Shown here one piece after another: positions 17,960-24,000 of a stretch of DNA of 24,000 bases (position 1 is its first letter; each line of letters opens with the position of its first letter). The position numbers were made by a program, and so were the translations under genes. Under the pieces are notes generated by a model. That model was not told where the DNA came from, did not search any database, and worked only from the letters and a program-made list of their open reading frames with translations. Source of the stretch: an uncultured Gammaproteobacteria bacterium (GTDB lineage: Bacteria > Pseudomonadota > Gammaproteobacteria > Chromatiales > Chromatiaceae); the NCBI GenBank assembly GCA_963711095.1, contig CAVQCX010000010.1, positions 26,020 to 50,019 of the forward strand, in the 5' to 3' direction.

Positions 17960-19528
17960 TCAGGCGGCCGACTCCGCGCTCGCCAAGGGACGCAGCAAAG
18001 ACTGCCCGCTCATCTCCGGCGGTTTGTCGAGCCCCATCAGGGCGAGGAGCGTCGGCGCGATGTCGCAGAGCGCGCCGTGGTCGCCGAGCGCCAGGGGCGC
18101 GCCGCCGACATACACCAGCGGCACCGGGTTGCAGGTATGGGCGGTGTGAGCCTGGCCGCTGTCCCGATCCACCATCTGCTCGGCATTGCCGTGATCGGCG
18201 CTGATCAGCATCTCGCCACCGGCGCGCAGCACGGCCTCGATGACCCTGCCCAGGCAATAGTCTAGCGCCTCGATAGCCTTGATCGCGGCCTCGAAATTGC
18301 CCGTGTGCCCCACCATGTCGGGGTTGGCGAAGTTGCAGACGATGGCGTCGTACTTGCCACTGTCGATCGCCTCGACAAGATGGTCGGTCAGCGCGGGCGC
18401 GCTCATCTCGGGCTGGAGGTCGTAGGTGGTGACCTGGGGCGAGGGAACCAGGATACGATCCTCGCCCTCGAACGGAGGCTCCACGCCGCCGTTGAAGAAG
18501 AAGGTCACGTGGGCATACTTCTCGGTCTCGGCGATGCGCAGCTGGCGCAGACCGAGGTTGGCGATGTACTCGCCGAGCACGTTCTTCAGCGGCTCCGGGG
18601 GAAAGGCGACCGGGACATCGAACTCCTCGCTGTACTCGGTGAGGCTCACGAAAGCCCCGAGCTGCCGCACCACGTCCCGGGTGAAGGCGGCGAAACCCGC
18701 CTCGATGAACGGTCGTGTGATCTGGCGCGCCCGGTCCGAGCGATAGTTCATGAATACCACGACGTCGCCATCACAGATGCGTACCGGCTGCCCGCCGGGA
18801 GGGCAGATCCGCGTAGGCTTGACGAACTCATCGCTCTCGCCGCGCCGGTAGGCCATCTCCAACCCGCTCAGGGCGTCAGGCGCCTCGAACTGGGCCTTCC
18901 CCTCGGTCATGAGATCGTAGGCAAGCTGAATGCGCGGCCATCGGTGGTCGCGATCCATCGCGTAGTAGCGCCCAACGATGTTGGCAATGCGCCCACGGCC
19001 GAGGCGCTCGAACTGGTCCTGCATAGCCTGGAGCGAAGCGGTCGCGCTCCGCGGCGGCGTGTCCCGGCCATCGAGAAAGGCATGCACGAAGATTCTTTGG
19101 GCCCCCCGCTCCACCGCGAGGCGGGCCATGGCGTGAATGTGCTCTTCGTGGCTGTGCACACCGCCCGGGGACAGCAGGCCGAGAATGTGCACCGCCTTGT
19201 CCCCCTCGATGGCAAGGTCAACGGCGTCGGTCAGGGTCCGGTTGGTGAAGAACGAGCCGGTTCGGATGGCACGGCTGACCCGGGTGAATTCCTGATAGAC
19301 CACACGCCCGGCACCCAGGTTCAGATGACCAACCTCGGAGTTGCCCATCTGCCCCCCGGGCAGGCCCACCGAGGCCCCGGAGGTACGGATCAGGGTATGA
19401 GGATATTCCTTCCAGAGCCGGTCCCACACCGGTTTGCGGGCAGCCCGGATGGCATTCTGGTCATCGCTCTCGCTGTAACCCCATCCGTCCAGTACCGCCA
19501 GGACAACGGGTCTGGGTCGCTTGATCAT
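17960..19528 (-). CDS. gpmI: 2,3-bisphosphoglycerate-independent phosphoglycerate mutase
   Basis: This is ORF 17960..19528 (-), 522 aa. It reads [14 protein letters not shown]...[27 protein letters not shown]...[14 protein letters not shown]...ADHGNAE. Confidence 0.97.
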   Translation of the reverse strand: MIKRPRPVVLAVLDGWGYSESDDQNAIRAARKPVWDRLWKEYPHTLIRTSGASVGLPGGQMGNSEVGHLNLGAGRVVYQEFTRVSRAIRTGSFFTNRTLTDAVDLAIEGDKAVHILGLLSPGGVHSHEEHIHAMARLAVERGAQRIFVHAFLDGRDTPPRSATASLQAMQDQFERLGRGRIANIVGRYYAMDRDHRWPRIQLAYDLMTEGKAQFEAPDALSGLEMAYRRGESDEFVKPTRICPPGGQPVRICDGDVVVFMNYRSDRARQITRPFIEAGFAAFTRDVVRQLGAFVSLTEYSEEFDVPVAFPPEPLKNVLGEYIANLGLRQLRIAETEKYAHVTFFFNGGVEPPFEGEDRILVPSPQVTTYDLQPEMSAPALTDHLVEAIDSGKYDAIVCNFANPDMVGHTGNFEAAIKAIEALDYCLGRVIEAVLRAGGEMLISADHGNAEQMVDRDSGQAHTAHTCNPVPLVYVGGAPLALGDHGALCDIAPTLLALMGLDKPPEMSGQSLLRPLASAESAA

Positions 19529-19742
19529 AACGGGCCGTCAGGTCTCGGTCTGGGATTCCCACATCTTGCCTCGGCCCACGAAAGGCCCGCCAGTCGCGCG
19601 GGAATTACTCGAAATTTCAGCGTATTAAACCATTTCCCGGGAGGCTCGGCCAGAACCCTGCCCGGGGTGTCGTCGACCGCCCCGCGGGGCACAGCAAAAT
19701 TTCTCAACATCTGGCCTGGAAAACGTATTATTGTATTGCCAT

Positions 19743-19754
19743 CTTATTAATAAG
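19743..19754. promoter_or_regulatory. Perfect 12-bp AT-rich palindrome CTTATTAATAAG, a candidate operator just upstream of the ArsR-family gene
   Basis: The sequence cttattaataag at 19743..19754 equals its own reverse complement. It lies 10-13 nt upstream of the GTG/ATG start, inside the most AT-rich part of the gpmI/arsR divergent region. ArsR/SmtB repressors commonly autoregulate through palindromic operators. Confidence 0.3.
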
Positions 19755-19764
19755 TAAGGTTAGG

Positions 19765-20142
19765 GTGATGGAGAACAACCGCAACCGATCCGACAAGCGG
19801 ATCCTGGATGTCGATAGCATGTTCGATCCTAGCCTGGATACCCTATTTACAGGAGACGAGGACATCGACCGGGCCTCGCGCTCCCTCAAGGCCATGTCCC
19901 ACCCCCTGCGGCTGAAGATCCTGTGCACACTCGGGGACCAAGAGGTCAGCGTGCAGGATATCGTGGAGCAGGTCGGCACCTCCCAGAGCAACATATCCCA
20001 GCATCTGGCGATCCTGCGCGACAAGGGTATTCTGGCCGCACGCAAGGACGCCAACCGCGTGTTCTACCGGGTGAGCGACCAGCGCACCCTCAGGCTGATC
20101 GGCATGATGCGGGAGGTCTTCTGCACTCACGTCCAGCATTGA
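19765..20142 (+). CDS. ArsR/SmtB family transcriptional regulator with two Cys in a BigR/SqrR-like arrangement
   Basis: This is ORF 19765..20142 (+). The start is GTG at 19765 or ATG at 19768. The winged-HTH core reads LKAMSHPLRLKILCTLGDQEVSVQDIVEQVGTSQSNISQHLAILRDKGILAARKDANRVFYRV. The only cysteines are in LKILC and in the C-terminal EVFCTHVQH, 66 residues apart. Confidence 0.9.
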   Translation: MMENNRNRSDKRILDVDSMFDPSLDTLFTGDEDIDRASRSLKAMSHPLRLKILCTLGDQEVSVQDIVEQVGTSQSNISQHLAILRDKGILAARKDANRVFYRVSDQRTLRLIGMMREVFCTHVQH

Positions 20143-20179
20143 CGGGGAGCCCAGCGCGGTCCACGCGTAACCGACAAAG

Positions 20180-20206
20180 CGGGAACGACGGTTCCCGTTT
20201 TGTTTT
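20180..20206 (+). terminator. Rho-independent terminator after the ArsR-family gene
   Basis: The stem pairs cgggaac (20180..20186) with gttcccg (20191..20197), with loop gacg. It is followed by ttttgtttt (20198..20206). Confidence 0.7.
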
Positions 20207-20421
20207 GGCCGGCGGTACAATCTAGCCCGCATTTTTCAACGGCCCCCGGGCTGCCCGGAGCCGCGAGACGCGATACGGCTTGGTCGGGCGGCCTGCTACG
20301 CCGACTGAGCGCGCAGGCGACCCCAACGCTAAGGCGGACGGATCAGGCGCCGTAGCGAAAGCTCGCGGGGCCCGATGCAGGCTAACGTTTCCCGGAACCA
20401 ACCAGAGGCTTCGCATCTCCC

Positions 20422-20847
20422 ATGGCGCAGTTGATCGAATTCGCCGGTAATCATCTGGCCCTGGTCGCCGCACTCGCGGCGGTGATCGGCCTGCTGATCC
20501 ATAATCTGTTGACCAGCGGCACCGGCAAGGATGCCGTGGACCCGGTTGGCGCAACCGATCTGATCAACCACCAGGAGGCGATCGTCATAGACGTACGCCC
20601 GGCAGCGGATTTTCGGAGTGGGCACATCATTAATGCCATCAATATCCCGATGAGCAGCCTCTCCGAACAGATCTCGCGCATCGAGAAGTACAAGGGCCGG
20701 CCGATCCTGGTGAGCTGCCGTTCCGGCGCCCAGTCCTCGGCGGCCTGCCGCCAACTGCGCAAGAGCGGGTTTGAGAAAGTCTACAACCTCCACGGCGGGA
20801 TGCTCGCCTGGCAGAATGCGAGCCTTCCGGTCTCCCGCAAGGGCTGA
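20422..20847 (+). CDS. Membrane-anchored rhodanese-domain protein (YibN-like position, catalytic Cys present)
   Basis: This is ORF 20422..20847 (+), 141 aa. The N-terminal TM segment is LALVAALAAVIGLLIHNLL. The rhodanese fold reads EAIVIDVRPAADFRSGHIINAINIP...GRPILVSCRSGAQSSAACRQLRKSGFEKVYNLHGGMLAWQ, with the active-site loop CRSGAQS. Confidence 0.9.
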   Translation: MAQLIEFAGNHLALVAALAAVIGLLIHNLLTSGTGKDAVDPVGATDLINHQEAIVIDVRPAADFRSGHIINAINIPMSSLSEQISRIEKYKGRPILVSCRSGAQSSAACRQLRKSGFEKVYNLHGGMLAWQNASLPVSRKG

Positions 20848-20876
20848 CGACTCAACCGACATACGGAACAGGACCC

Positions 20877-21365
20877 ATGACCGAAACCACCGAGACCAAA
20901 GACGCCGCGGCTGCACGCGCCTTCTCCCTGCAGCGGATCTATGTCAAGGACCTCTCGTTCGAGACGCCAAATTCTCCAGCCGTGTTTACTCAGGAGTGGA
21001 AGCCCGAGACCCAGATGAACCTGAGCACCCAGACCAACCATCTGGGCGGCAGCTCCTTCGAGGTGGTACTTACCGTGACCCTGACCACCAAGGTCGGCGA
21101 GACCACCGCCTACCTGGTGGAGGTTCAGCAGGCTGGGATCTTCGGCATCCGCGATTTCCCCGAGAGCGAGGTCGCCCCGCTGCTCGGAAGCTACTGTCCG
21201 GGCATCCTGTTCCCGTATGCCCGGGAGGCGGTTTCGGACCTTATCGGGCGGGGGTCCTTTCCTCAGCTGCTGCTGACACCGGTCAACTTCGACGCCCTGT
21301 TCGAGCGGCACGTTCGCGACCAGGCCGCGCGCCAGAGCGCAGCGGGGTCCGAGGCATCGGCCTGA
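20877..21365 (+). CDS. secB: Protein-export chaperone SecB
   Basis: This is ORF 20877..21365 (+), 162 aa. It reads FSLQRIYVKDLSFETPNSPAVFTQEWKPETQMNL...YLVEVQQAGIFGIRDFPE...LGSYCPGILFPYAREAVSDLIGRGSFPQLLLTPVNFDALF. Confidence 0.96.
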   Translation: MTETTETKDAAAARAFSLQRIYVKDLSFETPNSPAVFTQEWKPETQMNLSTQTNHLGGSSFEVVLTVTLTTKVGETTAYLVEVQQAGIFGIRDFPESEVAPLLGSYCPGILFPYAREAVSDLIGRGSFPQLLLTPVNFDALFERHVRDQAARQSAAGSEASA

Positions 21366-21372
21366 CACCGCC

Positions 21373-22380
21373 GTGGCGGCGGCACGGCCCGTGGTCGCGG
21401 TGCTCGGAGCCGGCTCCTGGGGTACCGCGCTGGCGATCCTGCTGAGCCGCAATGGCGCACAGGTCCGTCTCTGGGGCCATCACTCCGCACACATCGAGAC
21501 GCTCCGGGCGGCGCGCGAGAATCGCGCCTTCCTGCCCGGTCACCTGCTGCCGCCGGAGCTGCATCCCACCGCCGATCTGGGCCAGGCGTTGCCCGGAGCG
21601 CGGGAGGTGCTTCTGGTTGTGCCGAGCCACGCGTTCCGGGAGGTGACGCGCGCGCTCAGGCCTTTTCTCGGGCCGTCCGACTCGGTCAGCTGGGCGACCA
21701 AGGGGCTGGAGCCCGGCACCGGCAAACTGCTCAGCCAGATCGCCACAGAGGAGCTCGGCGCCTGTCCTCTGGCCGTGCTGTCCGGTCCGACCTTTGCCTC
21801 GGAGGTTGCCAGGGGACTGCCCACCGCCATCACCGTAGCGGCCTCGACCAGCGAGCACGCAGAGCGGCTGGCCGGCTATCTGCACGGAGATTCGTTTCGC
21901 GCCTACACCAGTGACGACCTGGTGGGGGTGCAGATCGGCGGCGCGGCGAAAAACGTCCTGGCGATCGCGACCGGGATTGCCGACGGGCTCGGTTTCGGGG
22001 CTAACACCCGTGCCGCCCTGATCACCCGGGGGCTGGCCGAGCTGACCCGCCTGGGCCTCGCCCTCGGCGGCAAGCCTGAAACCTTCATGGGGCTCGCCGG
22101 ACTCGGCGACCTGGCCCTGACCTGTACCGACGACCAATCCCGAAACCGCCGCATGGGGCTCGCCCTGGCCCGAGGGCTGGGCGTCGCCGAGGCCAGGGCG
22201 GCCATCGGCCAGGAAGTCGAGGGGGTGCAGACCGCTGCCGAGGTGCACCTGCTCGCCGGCCGGCTCGGGATCGACATGCCCATCTCGGAGCAGACCTATC
22301 GGGTGCTTTACGACGGACTGCGTCCCGAGCAGGCAGTGAGCGCACTGCTGGAGCGGCGTCAGAAGGCGGAGACCGAGTAG
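21373..22380 (+). CDS. gpsA: NAD(P)H-dependent glycerol-3-phosphate dehydrogenase
   Basis: This is ORF 21373..22380 (+, GTG start), 335 aa. It reads VAVLGAGSWGTALAILLSRNG...LSGPTFASEVARGLPTAITVAS...GAAKNVLAIATGIADGLGFGANTRAALITRGLAELTRLG. Confidence 0.96.
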   Translation: MAAARPVVAVLGAGSWGTALAILLSRNGAQVRLWGHHSAHIETLRAARENRAFLPGHLLPPELHPTADLGQALPGAREVLLVVPSHAFREVTRALRPFLGPSDSVSWATKGLEPGTGKLLSQIATEELGACPLAVLSGPTFASEVARGLPTAITVAASTSEHAERLAGYLHGDSFRAYTSDDLVGVQIGGAAKNVLAIATGIADGLGFGANTRAALITRGLAELTRLGLALGGKPETFMGLAGLGDLALTCTDDQSRNRRMGLALARGLGVAEARAAIGQEVEGVQTAAEVHLLAGRLGIDMPISEQTYRVLYDGLRPEQAVSALLERRQKAETE

Positions 22381-22404
22381 CTGGTCCACCCAGGAGGGCT
22401 TCAC

Positions 22405-22653
22405 CCTAGAAACAGCAGTTGACCGCTTCGCGTAGCGATCGCGTGATTGCTTGGACTCTGGTTCTGGACAAACTTGGTACTCACCCATCGGGTCACCCAT
22501 CGGGTGATGGCCGCTACGACCACCAGGGCACGCACCGCGCGGCGCCTGGCTGCGTTATAACTCGTTGGAATAGAATCACTATTCCGCCTCGTCATGCCTT
22601 GCCAGACACCACGCGGCACGCACCCTGGCGGCCGTTCAACTGCCGCTTCTAGG
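22405..22653. mobile_element. MITE-like non-coding element, 249 bp, with imperfect terminal inverted repeats and a 5-bp flanking direct repeat
   Basis: The left end is cctagaaacagcagttgaccg (22405..22425). The reverse complement of the right end (22633..22653) is cctagaagcggcagttgaacg, matching at 18 of 21 positions. TTCAC directly abuts both ends (22400..22404 and 22654..22658). I recognise no coding ORF inside. Confidence 0.5.
22481..22504. repeat. Exact 12-bp tandem duplication (tcacccatcggg x2) inside the MITE-like element
   Basis: The repeat is read directly from the sequence. The second copy plus tga forms the hairpin tcaccc-atc-gggtga (22493..22507). Confidence 0.9.
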
Positions 22654-22781
22654 TTCACCGGTGCAGCGGGCCGGGAAGGGCTCGGTGCGTCTCGCCTGCC
22701 ATGACCCGGCCTCTGGGAGCCAAGACAACGCCGTGGCGCTGCGCCTCGGTAAGCCCTCACCCGGTCGCGTCACAGCGGCGC

Positions 22782-23246
22782 TCAGGCGCCCCCGGAGAAG
22801 CCCCGCTGGCGCCAGGCCTCATACAGGATCACCGCAACCGCATTGGAGAGGTTGAGGCTGCGGTTGCCCGGAGCCATCGGGATGCGCAGCCGGCGCGACC
22901 CGGGGATCGCCTCCAGGACATCTTGGGGCAGGCCGCGGGTCTCCGGACCGAACAGCAGGGCGTCGCCGGGCGCGAAGCGCGCGTGACTGTAGCTCGTGCG
23001 GGCGTGGGTGCTGCAACCCCATAGCCGCGGGAAGGCCAGGCTGTCCATAAGCGCGTCCAGGCTCGGGTGCTCGCGGATGCTCGCCCATTCGCGGTAATCC
23101 AGGCCGGCTCGCCGCAGTCGTGCGTCATCGAGCTGAAAGCCCAGCGGGTGAACCAGGTGCAACTGGCTGCCGGTATTGGCACACAGGCGTATGATGTTGC
23201 CGGTATTCGGGGGAATCTCCGGCTGGTAGAGAATCACGTGAAACAC
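22782..23246 (-). CDS. trmL: tRNA (cytidine(34)-2'-O)-methyltransferase TrmL (SpoU/TrmH family)
   Basis: This lies inside ORF 22782..23321 (-). The homology I recognise begins at GTG 23246: (M)FHVILYQPEIPPNTGNIIRLCANTGSQLHLVHPLGFQLDDARLRRAGLDYREW...LLFGPETRGLP...IPMAPGNRSLNLSNAVAVILYEAWRQ. That gives 154 aa, against ~157 aa in E. coli TrmL. The ATG at 23321 would add 25 low-complexity residues and would nearly abut the divergent pyrD start. Confidence 0.88.
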   Translation of the reverse strand: MFHVILYQPEIPPNTGNIIRLCANTGSQLHLVHPLGFQLDDARLRRAGLDYREWASIREHPSLDALMDSLAFPRLWGCSTHARTSYSHARFAPGDALLFGPETRGLPQDVLEAIPGSRRLRIPMAPGNRSLNLSNAVAVILYEAWRQRGFSGGA

Positions 23247-23326
23247 GGGGACCTGCTGCAGCGCTGTTTCGCAAACCGGGTCGCACCGACCGCGCGACGG
23301 GACTCGGCGATCGGGGCCCATGGTGC

Positions 23327-24000
23327 ATGATGGGGAGCGCGCGCCCGGCCCTGGCAGTCGACTTCTGCGGGCTGTGGCTCAACACACCCCTGGTGCTGCT
23401 GTCGGGCTGTGTCGGGTTCGGCGAAGAGTACACGCGCGTCAAGGGATTTTCCAACCGCGATGCCGGTGCAGTATGCCTGAAGGGGACCACCCTGACACCG
23501 CGCCTGGGCAACGCGCCCCATCGGGTCTGTGAGACCCCGGCAGGGATGCTCAACGCCATCGGCCTTCAGAATCCCGGGGTGGATTGCGTGGTCAGAGAGA
23601 TCCTGCCGAGCCTGGACTTCTCAGAGACCCGGTTCATCGCCAACGTCTCCGGCTCAACGGTCGATGAGTACTTCGAGGTCACCCGCCGCTTCGATGACTC
23701 GCCGATAGACGCCATCGAGATCAATATCTCCTGCCCGAACGTCAAACAGGGCGGCGTGGCTTTCGGCAACGATCCGGAGATGTCGGCACGGGTTGTGGCG
23801 GCCTGCCGGCGCGCGACCCAGAAGCCGCTCATCACCAAGCTCTCCCCCAATCAGACCGAGATTGCAGACAACGCACGGCGCTGCATTGAGGCGGGCAGCG
23901 ATGCCTTCGCGGTCATCAATACCCTGATCGGCATGGCGATCGATGTGGAGAACCGCGTGCCGCTGATCGGCAACAACCAGGGCGGACTCTCGGGCCCGGC
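23327..24000 (+). CDS. pyrD: Dihydroorotate dehydrogenase, class 1 (Cys catalytic base, 1B-like catalytic subunit). The 3' end runs off the window.
   Basis: This ORF is not in the ORF track because it has no stop in the window. My translation from ATG 23327 gives MMGSARPALAVDFCGLWLNTPLVLLSGCVGFGEEY...GAVCLKGTTLTPRLGNAPHRVCETPAGMLNAIGLQNPGV...IDAIEINISCPNVKQGGVAFGNDPE...PLITKLSPN...DAFAVINTLIGMAID...GGLSGPA. Confidence 0.88.
   Translation, partial: MMGSARPALAVDFCGLWLNTPLVLLSGCVGFGEEYTRVKGFSNRDAGAVCLKGTTLTPRLGNAPHRVCETPAGMLNAIGLQNPGVDCVVREILPSLDFSETRFIANVSGSTVDEYFEVTRRFDDSPIDAIEINISCPNVKQGGVAFGNDPEMSARVVAACRRATQKPLITKLSPNQTEIADNARRCIEAGSDAFAVINTLIGMAIDVENRVPLIGNNQGGLSGP

Noticed and set aside
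23247-23321. The ATG at 23321 as the trmL start (179 aa)
   Set aside because: The 25-residue extension has no counterpart in TrmL, whose conserved sequence starts at about residue 3-5. That start would also leave essentially no promoter space before the divergent pyrD ATG at 23327. GTG 23246 is preferred, though its SD is weak.
1-24000. tRNA, rRNA, tmRNA, RNase P, SRP RNA genes and CRISPR arrays
   Set aside because: I scanned for T-loop-like GGTTCGAATCC strings, for conserved RNase P and 4.5S cores, and for regularly spaced repeats. The only matches are short fragments inside coding regions, such as gttcgatcc at ~19822 within the ArsR gene. No spaced repeat array is present.

Overview
This is a GC-rich window, roughly two-thirds G+C by eye, with gammaproteobacterial-type core-genome synteny. 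I recognise 21 intact or partial protein-coding genes (the UbiJ and UbiB modules of one continuous ORF are listed as two features) plus one disrupted gene, and no tRNA, rRNA or CRISPR. Most of the window is housekeeping. On the + strand lie dapF, a DUF484 gene, xerC, hslV, hslU, a DUF971 gene, ubiE and ubiJ/ubiB. A divergent block follows: gpmI-envC-ctp on the - strand and a yibN-like rhodanese, secB and gpsA on the + strand. That block is followed by trmL (-) and a class-1 pyrD (+, partial). The left 5.2 kb is more accessory-like. It holds a tightly coupled minus-strand operon (sulfotransferase, CHR-family ChrA transporter, PhnD/SsuA-like periplasmic sensor domain protein running off the window) preceded by a Na/Pi-cotransporter/PhoU-domain gene. 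I do not see a convincing new multi-gene system such as a defence island. The points worth a second look are these. (1) The S41 C-terminal processing peptidase gene is split across three frames by two separate 1-nt insertions. (2) ubiJ and ubiB are read as one continuous 765-codon ORF. The junction sits beside a (GC)7 tract, and a relic GTGA stop/start overlap would be restored by one extra GC unit. (3) Two small inverted-repeat-bounded, MITE-like elements with CTAG termini share an identical 12-mer. One is a 30% G+C cassette that contains the stop codon of the Na/Pi gene. The other is 249 bp with a 5-bp flanking direct repeat and sits where cysE lies in E. coli. (4) An ArsR-family regulator carries a BigR/SqrR-like two-cysteine spacing and lies next to a membrane-anchored rhodanese with a catalytic Cys. 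(5) A DUF3379-type anti-sigma gene has no adjacent ECF sigma factor. All protein identifications come from my recognition of motifs in the supplied translations; no database search was run.
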